DNA of 64,000 nucleotides from Planctomycetota bacterium (GTDB lineage Bacteria; Planctomycetota; MHYJ01; WSZJ01), in NCBI GenBank assembly GCA_038060895.1, contig JBBTCT010000001.1, positions 473,917 to 537,916 of the forward strand, written 5' to 3'. Positions 19,271 to 29,130 of this stretch are shown here, in pieces; within the stretch, counting starts at the first letter, position 1; the number at the start of each line of letters is the position of its first letter. A model generated the notes under the pieces. The model was given only the letters and a program-made list of their open reading frames with translations, did no database searches and was not told the origin of the DNA. The translations under genes and the position numbers were made by a program.

Positions 19271-19951
19271 TCAGCTGAGCTGCGCCGCGAGCTTCCGGAA
19301 TTCGCTCGTTCCCGCCCCATGTCCCAGCGCAGCCAGCACGGGCGCTCCCGCATGCCGTCCGAGCACCTCGAGATTCGTTCTCTCCGCCAGGCCGGGGCGC
19401 GCCTTTGAAGCGAAGCTCACCACGATCCCAAGCACCCTCAATCCTCGAGCCCGCGCCGCTTCTACGGTGAGCCGCGTATGGTTGAGTGTGCCGAGCGCGG
19501 GGCGAGCGACGATGAGGATCGGCAGCCGCAAGCGCTTCGCGTAGTCCGCGACGGTCTCGCGGTCCGTCACCGGGACGAGCAGGCCGCCCGCTCCTTCCAC
19601 GACGGTGATCTCGTGCCGGTCGATGACGCGCCGCGTCAATTGCGCCGCCCTCGCCACCGAAACCGGGCGCCGCTCGCGCTTCGCCGCAACCGAAGGCGCG
19701 AGCGGGTCGCGGAACAGATAAGGGCAGACGTCCGCGATCGAATCCCCCGTCCCGCTCGCGGCCATCAGCGCTTCAACGTCCGGGTGCGACCCGCGCACCG
19801 CGCCCGAAGCGAAGGGTTTCACAACCCCGACATCGCGCCCCGCGGCGCGCCACGCCCGCGCGAGCCCGCATGCAACAAACGTCTTCCCGACGCCCGTGTC
19901 GGTCCCCGTGACAAGCAGCGCCCGGCCCCGAGGGTGAACTCCCTTCGTCAC
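19271..19951 (-). CDS. bioD: Dethiobiotin synthase
   Basis: VTGTDTGVGKT, KPFASG, VEGAGGLLVP and LGTLNHT motifs; start approximate. Confidence 0.93.
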   Translation of the reverse strand: MTKGVHPRGRALLVTGTDTGVGKTFVACGLARAWRAAGRDVGVVKPFASGAVRGSHPDVEALMAASGTGDSIADVCPYLFRDPLAPSVAAKRERRPVSVARAAQLTRRVIDRHEITVVEGAGGLLVPVTDRETVADYAKRLRLPILIVARPALGTLNHTRLTVEAARARGLRVLGIVVSFASKARPGLAERTNLEVLGRHAGAPVLAALGHGAGTSEFRKLAAQLS

Positions 19952-19998
19952 TCCCCACTCCCCCCTACTCAATCCTCAACACTCCCGACTCCCGACTA
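19950..19998. repeat. Short heptamer tandem repeat (ACTCCCS)
   Basis: ACTCCCC ACTCCCC ... ACTCCCG ACTCCCG between the topA stop and bioD. Confidence 0.5.
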
Positions 19999-22452
19999 TT
20001 CCGCCGTCGGCGCGCCACTCGCGCCCCCGCCCTCAACCGGCGCCTCGGCCTCCGCCTTGACCTTCGGAATCGGCTTGGTGCTCTTGCACGCCGGGTAGCG
20101 GGAGCACCCGAGGAACGGCCCGCGCTTGCCGCGGCAGACGCGCATCGCCGCGCCGCAGATCTCGCACTTTTCGTTCACGACGATCACCTTGTCGTCCTTG
20201 CCTTTGACGACGTTCTTCGTCGTCTTGCACTCCGGGTAGCCGGTACACGCGAGGAACTGGCCGAAGCGCCCGCGCTTGAGCGCCATAGGCTTCCCGCACT
20301 TCTCGCATTTCTCGTTCGACAGCTCGACGGGCGGCGGATCCTTCGGCTTCGTCGTCTTGCACTCCGGGTACCCGCTGCATCCCCAGAATCCGCCCCACTT
20401 GTTCCAGCGCAAAAGCATCGGCTTGCCGCACTTCTCGCACGGCGGCGCGTCCGGCGAAGTGGTCCCCTTCTCCGAGACCATCTCCGTCTTCGCCTTCTCG
20501 ATCTCGCCGACGAAGTTGTCGTGGAATTTCCTCAGGAGCTCGTGCCAGTCCTTCGTTTCTTCTTCGACCTGGTCGAGGTCCTCTTCCATCTGGCGCGTGA
20601 AGTCGGTGTTCACGATTTCGGGGAAGTGCTTTTCCAGCTTGTCGTTCACGATCACGCCGAGCTCGGTCGCGTGGAGCGAGCGGTTCTCCTGCTTCACGTA
20701 CCCGCGGTCCTGGATCGTCGCGACGATCGGCGCGTACGTGGACGGGCGGCCGATTCCGTTCTGTTCGAGCGCCTTGACGAGCGAGGCTTCCGTGAAGCGC
20801 GCCGGGGGCTGGGTGAAGTGCTGCGTCGCGTCGAGGCCGAGGAGCGTGACGACCTGGCTTTCGGTGAGCGGAGGGAGAATCTGCTCGTCCTTCTTCAGGC
20901 GGTGCCCGGCGACGCGCGTGTAGCCGTCGAACGCCATCACGCGGCCGCGCGCGCCGAAGACGGCGCGGCCGGCTTCGATTTCCGCGGACGTCACGTCGTA
21001 CTCGGCCGGCGCCATCTGCGTCGCCACCGTGCGCTGCCAGATGAGCTGGTACAGCTTGAACTGCTCGTCGTTCAGGTACTCGCGCATCACGTCCGGCGTC
21101 CGGTCAACGCCCGTCGGCCGGATCGCTTCGTGAGCTTCCTGCGCACCCTTGCGCGCCGCCCACACGCGGGGCGTCGGCTCGAGGTACTTCTCGCCAAAGG
21201 TCTTCACCACGAACTCGCGCGTCTCCTTCAGCGCGTCCTCGCTGATGCGGAACGAGTCCGTGCGCATGTACGTGATCAAGCCGACCGTGCCCTCGTCGCC
21301 GATGTCCACGCCTTCATACAGCTGCTGGGCGACCGCCATGGTGCGCCGCGTCGCAAAGTGCAGCCGCACGCTCGCGGTCTGCTGCAGCACGCTGGTCGTG
21401 AAGGGCGACGGCGGATTGTCGCGCCGCGACCTCTTCTCGACCTTCGTGACGCGGTACTCGGCGCCCTTCAGCTCCTCGACCAGCCCCTGCGCCGTCTTCC
21501 CGTCCTGCACGAGGAATTCCTTCTTCTCCTTCTCTTCCTCGTCCTTCTCGGCGCCGGGCCCCTTCTCGTCGAGCAGCTTCTCCTCGTCGAACACGTCCGT
21601 CTTCGAGTGAAGCTCCACCTCGGTCGCGTCCTTGACGCGCTTCAGCTCCGCCTTGAACGCCTCCGGCGCTTCTTCCACCCCGGGCTTCGTCGTGACGCGC
21701 GCGATCAGGCGCCAGAATTCCTCGGCCTTGAACGCGGCGATTTCCTTCTCGCGGTCCACGACGAGCTTGGTCGCGACGGACTGCACGCGGCCGGCGCTAA
21801 GGCCGCGCGCGACTTTCTCCCAGAGAAGCGGGCTCAGTTTGTAACCGACGATCCGGTCGAGCAGCCTCCGCGCCTGCTGCGCGTTGACCAGGTTCATCAT
21901 GAGCGCTCGCGGCTTCGCGAATCCTTCCTTCACTCCGCGCGGCGTGATCTCGTTGAACGTCACGCGGCGCGCGCGCTTGCCGATCTTCAGCGCCTCGGCA
22001 AGATGCCACGCAATCGCTTCTCCTTCGCGATCAGGATCCGGCGCGAGAAAAACCTCCGGCGCGTTGTTCGCCAGCGCCTTGAGCTCGGCGAGCGTGTCCT
22101 TCCGGTCCTTGATCTCGATGTAGACCGGCTCGAATCCATTGTCCACGTCGATCCCGAACTTCGACTTCGGCAGGTCGCGCACGTGCCCCATCGACGCCTT
22201 CACGACGTAGCCCTTGCCGAGAATCTTGTTGATCGTCTTCGCTTTCGCGGGCGACTCGACGATGACGAGCGAAGCGCCGCTGCGGACCTTCGGGGCCTTC
22301 TCTTCCTTCTCCGCGGCCGGCTTCTTCGCTGCCGCCTTCTTCGCCGGCTTGGCGACCTTCTCCGCCTTGGCGCCCTTTGCAGGCTTGGCGGGAGCCGCTT
22401 CAGGCTCCTTGGCCTTCTTTGCCGGGCTCGTCTTGGTCTTGGCTTTGGCCAT
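19996..22452 (-). CDS. topA: DNA topoisomerase I with Lys/Ala-rich N-terminal extension and three Zn ribbons
   Basis: LVIVESPAKAKTI, GHVRDL, DPDREGEAI, SAGRVQS, LITYMRTDS and GIGRPSTY motifs; C-terminal C4 Zn ribbons. Confidence 0.97.
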   Translation of the reverse strand: MAKAKTKTSPAKKAKEPEAAPAKPAKGAKAEKVAKPAKKAAAKKPAAEKEEKAPKVRSGASLVIVESPAKAKTINKILGKGYVVKASMGHVRDLPKSKFGIDVDNGFEPVYIEIKDRKDTLAELKALANNAPEVFLAPDPDREGEAIAWHLAEALKIGKRARRVTFNEITPRGVKEGFAKPRALMMNLVNAQQARRLLDRIVGYKLSPLLWEKVARGLSAGRVQSVATKLVVDREKEIAAFKAEEFWRLIARVTTKPGVEEAPEAFKAELKRVKDATEVELHSKTDVFDEEKLLDEKGPGAEKDEEEKEKKEFLVQDGKTAQGLVEELKGAEYRVTKVEKRSRRDNPPSPFTTSVLQQTASVRLHFATRRTMAVAQQLYEGVDIGDEGTVGLITYMRTDSFRISEDALKETREFVVKTFGEKYLEPTPRVWAARKGAQEAHEAIRPTGVDRTPDVMREYLNDEQFKLYQLIWQRTVATQMAPAEYDVTSAEIEAGRAVFGARGRVMAFDGYTRVAGHRLKKDEQILPPLTESQVVTLLGLDATQHFTQPPARFTEASLVKALEQNGIGRPSTYAPIVATIQDRGYVKQENRSLHATELGVIVNDKLEKHFPEIVNTDFTRQMEEDLDQVEEETKDWHELLRKFHDNFVGEIEKAKTEMVSEKGTTSPDAPPCEKCGKPMLLRWNKWGGFWGCSGYPECKTTKPKDPPPVELSNEKCEKCGKPMALKRGRFGQFLACTGYPECKTTKNVVKGKDDKVIVVNEKCEICGAAMRVCRGKRGPFLGCSRYPACKSTKPIPKVKAEAEAPVEGGGASGAPTAE

Positions 22453-22715
22453 TCGGCTCCAGGGGATCGGGCGAGCGGCGGATTATAGGAGTGCGGGAAG
22501 CGCCGTCAATCCGGTCCGGGGGGACATAATAGAGGAAGGGTTTGAAAGAAGCACAAGGGGGATTCTGGGGAAGCGGTCTCCAATATCGACATAACATATT
22601 GCTGTATATAGCTTTAAGATATTTCATTTTGACCGATTGCCGGAACCGCATTCCGCTCTCCGGCCGACGCCAGAAACCCGGGAGCAATCCGGCCCCGCTG
22701 TCGTACTCATTCTTC

Positions 22716-23834
22716 ATGTTGAAACGCGCCGCCGTCGCCACCTTCGCCTTCGCCGCCGGACTTACCGCAGGCTGGTTTGCAATCCAACCCACGCCTTCTG
22801 CGCCGCCTCTCCCTCCCGCCGGACCCGCCGCCGCGACCGCTGCTCCAGAAGATCTGCCCGCGATCCAGTCCGAAATCGCTTCGCTTGAGGCGGTTCGCGC
22901 ACCAAAAGCCGCCGCGCCCCCGGATCTCAAGGCGAAGGCCGCTGAACTGTGCGCGAAGATTCCGGCGCTGCGAGACGCCGGAGACAAGGAAGCTCTCTAC
23001 AAGCTTCTCCAGGAACTCGCCGCGCTCGGCGAGCCCGGCTTCCCCGGCGCACTCGAGATCGCCCTGCTTCTCGGAAACGACGAAGGCTCGCCGCTGCGCC
23101 TCGTCGATGACGACCCGCGCTTCCCCGAAGTCTTCACCCCCGGTCTGCTCGCGTTCGCCGACTGGGCCCTGAGGAAGCGCGACGGCGTCCCCCCCTGGCT
23201 CGCGCGCCTCTCGATGCGCGGGCTGTCGCGCGCCTACGACCGCGATCCGGCGCCGCCGTTCTTTGCGTATCTTGCGCACTGCGGCGATTCCGCGAACGCC
23301 GAGACCGCGGTCAATTTTCTCCGCGGCCTTGAAGTGCCGTCGCTCGCGCCGGCGATCGCCGACGCCGTCCGCGGGCAGGCGAAAAATGCGCGGCTCGCGT
23401 GGGAACTCCTTGAAGGCCTCGGCCGGATCAAGTCGCCGGTTGCGCTGCAGCACTTCGAAGCGCTGGCCGCTTCATCGGACCCGGCCGTCGCCGCGCTCGG
23501 CGCGCGAGGACTGGCGACGGTGCGGCCGCCGCCCGAGCGCGCCGCGCTGACGTTCAACGGGGACACGACGTCGTTCACGCAGCCGTACGGCCTCGACTGG
23601 GGCGACGTCGTCGTGTCGCTGGACGCGACGACGCTGACGAGCGTGGACCACCTGAAAGATCTCTACGCGAAGGCGCCGGACGGGACGCCGCAGATCCTCA
23701 CGATCGAGCGCGACGGCAAGCTCATGCGCATCCGGGTGACCCACTACAAGGGCGGCGGCTCGATCGAGCCGCTCCTCCCCAGCGGCAAGACGGCGATGGA
23801 GGAATGGAACGAGAAACAGGAGAGTGAGAGATGA
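22716..23834 (+). CDS. Exported helical-repeat + PDZ-like protein (paralog 1)
   Basis: N-terminal TM, Pro/Ala linker, HEAT-like helices, C-terminal GLDWGDVVVSLD...LTIERDGK PDZ-like end. Confidence 0.6.
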   Translation: MLKRAAVATFAFAAGLTAGWFAIQPTPSAPPLPPAGPAAATAAPEDLPAIQSEIASLEAVRAPKAAAPPDLKAKAAELCAKIPALRDAGDKEALYKLLQELAALGEPGFPGALEIALLLGNDEGSPLRLVDDDPRFPEVFTPGLLAFADWALRKRDGVPPWLARLSMRGLSRAYDRDPAPPFFAYLAHCGDSANAETAVNFLRGLEVPSLAPAIADAVRGQAKNARLAWELLEGLGRIKSPVALQHFEALAASSDPAVAALGARGLATVRPPPERAALTFNGDTTSFTQPYGLDWGDVVVSLDATTLTSVDHLKDLYAKAPDGTPQILTIERDGKLMRIRVTHYKGGGSIEPLLPSGKTAMEEWNEKQESER

Positions 23835-25006
23835 AGACCGCCGCCATCGTGACCGCACTCGCCTTCGCCGCCGGCGCGCTCCTTGGCGCGCTGGCCCGCC
23901 GCGCGGCCGCCGCGCCGCAGATCGAAGCGACGCAAGCCGTCGATCCCGCGGCCGCCGCTCCTTCCGCCGCCGCGCGCTCCGAGCTCCCGGAATTCAAGGC
24001 CGCCGTCCCAGCCTCGCCCGCCGCCCCCGCCCCGCCCACCGTCGCCGAGCTCCGCGCCCGCTTCGACAAACTCGCGGCCGCCCGCGACGGCGAAGGCCTC
24101 CTCCAGCTCATCAGGGACTGCCAGGCCGCCGGCCCGCACGCCTACCCCCTCGCGCTCGAGATCGGCGTCCTCATCGAGAACGACAGCCGCCACGGCCCCC
24201 GCACGCTCGGCCTCAACTACCGCCACTCCGACCGCCTCTACTGGGGTGGGCTTTACTTCGCGGCTTCGTGGGCCCTCGCGCACCCCGAGGGCCTGTCCGA
24301 CGAGGTCATGGCCTACGCCGTCTGGACCACCGGCCGCGGCGCCGAGTCGAAGCGCCCCGGCGCACTTCAGCTCCTCCTCGCCTACATCGAGTCCGCCCCC
24401 GCCGGCGAAAACCGCAAGCAGGCCGCAGGCTTCCTCTACTCCGCCACCAAAGACTCCGCGCCGGAAATCCAGGCCTTCATCCGGCGGCACCCGGACGAGC
24501 CCGCGATGGTGGACCCGCTGGTCAGCTCCCTCATCTGGCAGGGCAATCCCGAAGCCGACGCCCTCATCGAAGAACTCGCCCGCACCCCGCGCGACGAGAA
24601 GGCCACGATCTCCCTGCTCGACCTCGCCGGCCACCGCGCTTCGGACAGCGCCGTCGCGCTCCTGAACGGGTTCGCGTCGGATCCCAGGCCTGCGGTGCAG
24701 GAGGAAGCGCGCTTCCAGCTCATCCGCGCGCGTCCGCCGGTGCAGGGAAATCTTGTCGAGAAGTGCGATCCCGCAGGAAAAGCCCACGCCGCCGGCCTGC
24801 GGCGCGGCGACATCGTCACCGCGTGGAACGGGGTCGAGTTCTCAACGCAGGATGAACTCCGGAAAGCGCAGAAGCCGACGATACGCGACACCAAGGCCTC
24901 CTTCCCCGTCGTCGTTCTGCGCGGGTGTGAGAAGGTGACGCTCACCGTAACGTGGGGGGAGTTCCATGACGGGGCGAGCTCGCGGTTCACGAGGGAAACA
25001 AAGTAG
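23831..25006 (+). CDS. Exported helical-repeat + PDZ protein (paralog 2)
   Basis: Same architecture; AHAAGLRRGDIVTAWNG...VVVLRG PDZ motif; ATGA overlap with paralog 1. Confidence 0.65.
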   Translation: MKTAAIVTALAFAAGALLGALARRAAAAPQIEATQAVDPAAAAPSAAARSELPEFKAAVPASPAAPAPPTVAELRARFDKLAAARDGEGLLQLIRDCQAAGPHAYPLALEIGVLIENDSRHGPRTLGLNYRHSDRLYWGGLYFAASWALAHPEGLSDEVMAYAVWTTGRGAESKRPGALQLLLAYIESAPAGENRKQAAGFLYSATKDSAPEIQAFIRRHPDEPAMVDPLVSSLIWQGNPEADALIEELARTPRDEKATISLLDLAGHRASDSAVALLNGFASDPRPAVQEEARFQLIRARPPVQGNLVEKCDPAGKAHAAGLRRGDIVTAWNGVEFSTQDELRKAQKPTIRDTKASFPVVVLRGCEKVTLTVTWGEFHDGASSRFTRETK

Positions 25007-25190
25007 TCGATTCCGCGCTCGCGGCACTGCGCTGAGGCGGTGATGCAGCCAACCTGTTGCGGGCGGTTAGTCCCGCTCCCTGCAGTCGATCCCAGACGCC
25101 TGATCTCTCCCCTGTTGCCTGAGTTCCCGATTACTGGGACTGCTCGAAGTACACTGACGGGCCTCCAGGTAGAAGCAGGGTGGGAACATT

Positions 25191-27581
25191 TTGAACAATC
25201 CTCCGAATCGCCATCTCTTCGGCAGGGCCGCCGCTTGCGCCGTGGGAATCCTCGGCGCGCTGGGGCTCTGTGGCTGGATTTCCGGGGTTTCGATCCTCAA
25301 GACACTGATCCCGGGTCAGCCTTCGATGAAGGCCAACACGGCTATTGCGTTCGTGTGCTGCAGCCTTGGCCTTTTCCTCGTGCGCGGAGGCTTGAAGTCA
25401 CACGCGCTCATCACGCTGGGTCGAGCGGCAAGCGCGCTGGCGACGCTGATCGGTATCGCGACGCTCATTCAGTACTTCACTGGTACGAGCCTGGGGATTG
25501 ACGAACTGCTCTTCCGCGACTCCGACCGCGCAGTCGGGACGCTCACTCCCGGTCGAATGTCGCCGGCAACGGCTCTCGCCTTTGTGGTGGCAGGGTCGAT
25601 TCTCGCAGCGGGACGAAGGAGACCCTTCCTGGAGGATCTGCTTTCGCTCGCCGTCCTCAGCCTTTCGATGATCGCGCTGGTGGGACACCTGTTCGGGGCA
25701 CGGACGTTTTCCGCCCTGGGCTCGAGTACTGCCCTGGCTCTTCACACGGCGGCTTCGTTCCTCATCACCGCGACGGCCCTCGTGGCCACAAATCTCGAAG
25801 GACCGGTCTCGCGCCTCTTCGGAAGCGAGTCCCCCGGCGGAATCCTTGCTCGCCGCGTCGTCCCCGCGGCGATCGCGATTCCTGTGCTGCTCGGGTGGCT
25901 TCGGCTCATGGGCGAACGAGCCGGGTACTTCAATCTCGAGTTCGGCCTGGCGCTCATGGTGACCGGGCACATCGTCCTGCTCGGATCTCTCATTCTCTGG
26001 GCCGCGCTCTCGATTGATCGCCTGGACCTGGATCGCGTTTCTGCCGAGAAGGGGCGCACCCTGGCGGAGTCTCGCGTGCGCAGCCTTCTCGAGTCCGATC
26101 TGATCGGAGTACTGTTTCTTCGCGACGACGGGACAATCCTCGACGCCAACCCGGCACTTCTCAAGCTCCTCGGTTACTCCAGGGAGGATATGGCCGCCGG
26201 TCGCATTTCCTGGACGGACGTCGTGCCCGTCGAGAATCTCGCCCGGGAACAGAAGCAGCGCGCGGAAGTCGCGTCCATCGGGCTCGGCCGGCCCCTCGAG
26301 ATGGAGCTCGTCCGCAAAGACGGCTCGCGCGTCACGACGTTGCTCGGCGTCAGCCGCGTCGCCGACGAGCCCGACACGAGCGCGGCCTTCGTGCTCGACT
26401 TGTCGGACCGCAAGCGCCTCGAAGCGCTTCTCCTGCAATCCCAGCGAATGGAGGTCGTCGGGCGGCTGGCAGGCGGAGTCGCGCACGATTTCAACAACCT
26501 GCTGACGCCGATCATGGGGTACGCGGAAACGCTGATCGACGATCCGGGAATCGGCGACGGCCCGCGCGAAGACCTCGAAGTCGTCGTCAAGTGCGCCCGC
26601 CGGGGTGCGGATCTCACGCGACAGCTGCTGGCGTTCAGCAGAAAACAGGTGCTTCAGCCCGTCGTCGCCGATCTGAACGAGCTCATCGGCCAGTCCCTGA
26701 AGCTGCTTGCACGCATCATCGGGGAAGACGTAAAGCTCGCCTGTTTTCCCGCGAAGGAACTGAGGCTGATCCGGATCGATCCCGCGCAGCTCGACCAGGT
26801 TCTCCTGAATCTTGCCGTCAACGCGCGGGACGCGATGCCGCGCGGCGGAACCCTGACGATCGAAACGGCCAATGCGGACCTGGACGAGTCGTATTGCCGG
26901 TTGCATCCGGAGGTCACGCCCGGCCCTTTCGTGTCCCTGACCGTGAGCGACACAGGCACGGGTATGGACAAGGAAACGCTCGCGCACCTCTTCGAGCCTT
27001 TCTTCACGACCAAGGCCAAGGGGAAAGGCACCGGGCTCGGGCTGGCGACGGTGCACGGCATCGTGAGGCAGAGCAACGGGTTCATCTGGGTCTATAGCGA
27101 AGTAGGTCGCGGCTCGACCTTCAAGCTCTACCTTCCCCAGACCACGGACGCTCCTTCCCCTCCCGCCCCCGTGGACAAACCGTCGCCCGCGACCGTCACA
27201 AGCTCGACGATCCTGGTCGTCGAAGACGACGATTCGCTCCGGCAGTTCGTTCGCAAGGCCCTCGAGGCGCGCGGGTATCGAGTGCTCGACTCCCCCGACG
27301 GCCAGTCCGCTCTCCGGCTGTCCAAGACTCATCCCGAAGGAATCGACCTCCTCCTGACCGACGTCGTCATGCCCGGCCTGAGCGGCCGCGAGCTGGCCGC
27401 GCAGCTCCTCGCCAGCCGACCCTATCTCAAGATCCTGTACATGTCCGGCTACACCGAAAACGCGATCGTTCACCACGGTGTGCTCGACGGTGGAATCATG
27501 CTCCTGGAGAAGCCCTTCAACGCGGAATCGCTCTGCGAAAGAGTTCGGATCGCTCTCGCGGCGGCGCATCCGGCACCGTGA
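25191..27581 (+). CDS. Membrane hybrid sensor histidine kinase (PAS-HisKA-HATPase-REC)
   Basis: Multiple TMs; PAS; LAGGVAHDFNNLL; NLAVNARDAM; DTGTG; GKGTGLGL; receiver VVEDD/LLTDVVMP. Confidence 0.93.
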   Translation: MNNPPNRHLFGRAAACAVGILGALGLCGWISGVSILKTLIPGQPSMKANTAIAFVCCSLGLFLVRGGLKSHALITLGRAASALATLIGIATLIQYFTGTSLGIDELLFRDSDRAVGTLTPGRMSPATALAFVVAGSILAAGRRRPFLEDLLSLAVLSLSMIALVGHLFGARTFSALGSSTALALHTAASFLITATALVATNLEGPVSRLFGSESPGGILARRVVPAAIAIPVLLGWLRLMGERAGYFNLEFGLALMVTGHIVLLGSLILWAALSIDRLDLDRVSAEKGRTLAESRVRSLLESDLIGVLFLRDDGTILDANPALLKLLGYSREDMAAGRISWTDVVPVENLAREQKQRAEVASIGLGRPLEMELVRKDGSRVTTLLGVSRVADEPDTSAAFVLDLSDRKRLEALLLQSQRMEVVGRLAGGVAHDFNNLLTPIMGYAETLIDDPGIGDGPREDLEVVVKCARRGADLTRQLLAFSRKQVLQPVVADLNELIGQSLKLLARIIGEDVKLACFPAKELRLIRIDPAQLDQVLLNLAVNARDAMPRGGTLTIETANADLDESYCRLHPEVTPGPFVSLTVSDTGTGMDKETLAHLFEPFFTTKAKGKGTGLGLATVHGIVRQSNGFIWVYSEVGRGSTFKLYLPQTTDAPSPPAPVDKPSPATVTSSTILVVEDDDSLRQFVRKALEARGYRVLDSPDGQSALRLSKTHPEGIDLLLTDVVMPGLSGRELAAQLLASRPYLKILYMSGYTENAIVHHGVLDGGIMLLEKPFNAESLCERVRIALAAAHPAP

Positions 27582-27713
27582 ACCTGTTCGTCGCCCCGCG
27601 TGCGACCGAGGCAAGGTGACTCAGCATTGCCGTGCTAACATGCGCCCATGCTTCCGCTTCACCTTCGAATACGTCCTCGCTGAAGCGCGTCCCTTCCGGG
27701 CGCGCTGTCCTGC

Positions 27714-27787
27714 GGGCCCGTAGCTCAAAGGTTTAGAGCGGGGGACTCATAATCTCCTGGTTCCTGGTTCGAGTCCAGGCGGGCCCA
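27714..27787 (+). tRNA. tRNA-Ile2 (anticodon CAT, lysidine type); CCA not encoded
   Basis: Acceptor GGGCCCG/CGGGCCC-A, D-stem GCTC/GAGC, anticodon arm GGGGA-CTCATAA-TCTCC, T-arm CCTGG-TTCGAGT-CCAGG. Resembles Ile2 rather than Met/fMet; the isotype is inferred. Confidence 0.9.
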
Positions 27788-27788
27788 T
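27744..27788 (+). repeat. attL (45-bp direct repeat, tRNA 3' half)
   Basis: GACTCATAATCTCCTGGTTCCTGGTTCGAGTCCAGGCGGGCCCAT, identical at 40799-40843. Confidence 0.95.
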
Positions 27789-27802
27789 TGGCAGATAAGG
27801 AC

Positions 27803-28936
27803 TTACGACGCGCGAGTTTCTGCGCCCCCGTTCTGTGCCGTACTTGTGCCATTTGACCCCGGTTTCCGGCCAGAATCGAGCAGGTCCACCGCTGCCTTGA
27901 GGTTCGAGGGGCAGAGGTGCGCATACCTCAGGGTCATCGTCATCGTCTGGTGCCCGAGCAGTTCCTTGATGGTCTGCAACGCCACGCCCTTCTGGGCCAG
28001 CCGGGAAGCGAACGTGTGCCGGGTCGTGTGGAAGCAGACGCCGAGCAGCCCGGCCTTCCGCGCCGCCCGCAGGAACGTGTGGCTGACATCGACGTACTTC
28101 TCCCCCGTCGCCGGGTTCGTGAACACGAAAGCCGCAAGGCCCTCCGGCCCGACGGCGTGCGGCACGGCCTTCAGGTTCTCGAAGAGCGTCTCGTTCATCG
28201 GGACGAAGCGGGTCCGATGGTTCTTCGCGTGGGCGAAGCAGACCAGCCGCCGGTCGAAGTCGATGTCACCCCAGGTCAGCCCGAGAACCTCGGACATCCG
28301 GCCGCCCGTATTCGTCGCGGTCTTGATGATCGGGCGCAGGAAGTCCGGCGCGAGGGAGAGGACCCGGGCCTCTTCGTCGGCCGTCAGCCAGCGGATACGG
28401 TCGTTGTTCTCGGGGAGCAGGCCGACGCCCGAGCCTGGATTACGGTCGATGTACCCCCGCCGGGCCGCCTCGGAAAGCGCCCCCTTGATGAAAGCGAGTC
28501 GCCGGTTCACGGTCGCCGGACGAATCGCACGCCCCGTCCGTGTGACGTTCGACATCTGGCGATCCACGAAGCGCTGCACGTCGCCGGAAGTGATGGAACG
28601 GAGCAGCATCTTGCCAATGGCCGCGATGGCGATCTTGGCGTTCTTCCCGTCCGCCTCGAACGTGCGAACGGTATGAGTCGCCTGCGCGTGAGACAGGTAC
28701 TCCCCTTCCACGAACTCGGCGAACGTCATCGGCTTGAGCGCTTCCAGCGAATTGACGCCCGTAATCCGCGCCTTGGCGATTTCCGTCTGCTTCGCCCGGA
28801 GGACCATCAGCGCCTCTTCCTTGGTCGAAACGTTCGCAAGGTCGCGATGCCTCCGGCCGTCCAGCCCGACGTAGGAGACGATCCACGGTCGGAGCCCGCC
28901 CTTTCGCTTCCGCGAGTCCTGAAACACCTTGGCCAT
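27803..28936 (-). CDS. Tyrosine recombinase/integrase
   Basis: N-terminal arm-binding strands, SAM-like core (ATVNRRL), catalytic R (TGGRMSE), K (AKN), HTTRH, LLGH and RYAH. Confidence 0.96.
   Translation of the reverse strand: MAKVFQDSRKRKGGLRPWIVSYVGLDGRRHRDLANVSTKEEALMVLRAKQTEIAKARITGVNSLEALKPMTFAEFVEGEYLSHAQATHTVRTFEADGKNAKIAIAAIGKMLLRSITSGDVQRFVDRQMSNVTRTGRAIRPATVNRRLAFIKGALSEAARRGYIDRNPGSGVGLLPENNDRIRWLTADEEARVLSLAPDFLRPIIKTATNTGGRMSEVLGLTWGDIDFDRRLVCFAHAKNHRTRFVPMNETLFENLKAVPHAVGPEGLAAFVFTNPATGEKYVDVSHTFLRAARKAGLLGVCFHTTRHTFASRLAQKGVALQTIKELLGHQTMTMTLRYAHLCPSNLKAAVDLLDSGRKPGSNGTSTAQNGGAETRAS
27834..27852 (+). repeat. Putative integrase arm-type site (left)
   Basis: TGTGCCGTACTTGTGCCAT (tandem TGTGCC), exact copy at 40653-40671. 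Confidence 0.7.
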
Positions 28937-28940
28937 TGGT

Positions 28941-29123
28941 CTACCTCCCCTTTCCTTTTGTGTCCGGCGACTTGAGCGTGTCCTCGATCAAGAGCCGCAG
29001 GTAGTCGCTCACGGTCCTGCGGTCCTTTTCCGCCGCTTCCTCCAGCGCCCGGCGAAGCGCTTCTGGCAGACGAAAAGCTACGAGCGTGTCCTTCATGGTC
29101 TTGCCCTTTCGTGTTGGCTTCAT
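28941..29123 (-). CDS. Ribbon-helix-helix (CopG/Arc-like) regulator
   Basis: VAFRLPEALRRALEEAAEKDRRTVSDYLRLLI RHH pattern; 4 nt upstream of int; alternative start 29096. Confidence 0.8.
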   Translation of the reverse strand: MKPTRKGKTMKDTLVAFRLPEALRRALEEAAEKDRRTVSDYLRLLIEDTLKSPDTKGKGR

Positions 29124-29130
29124 GCAGGCA

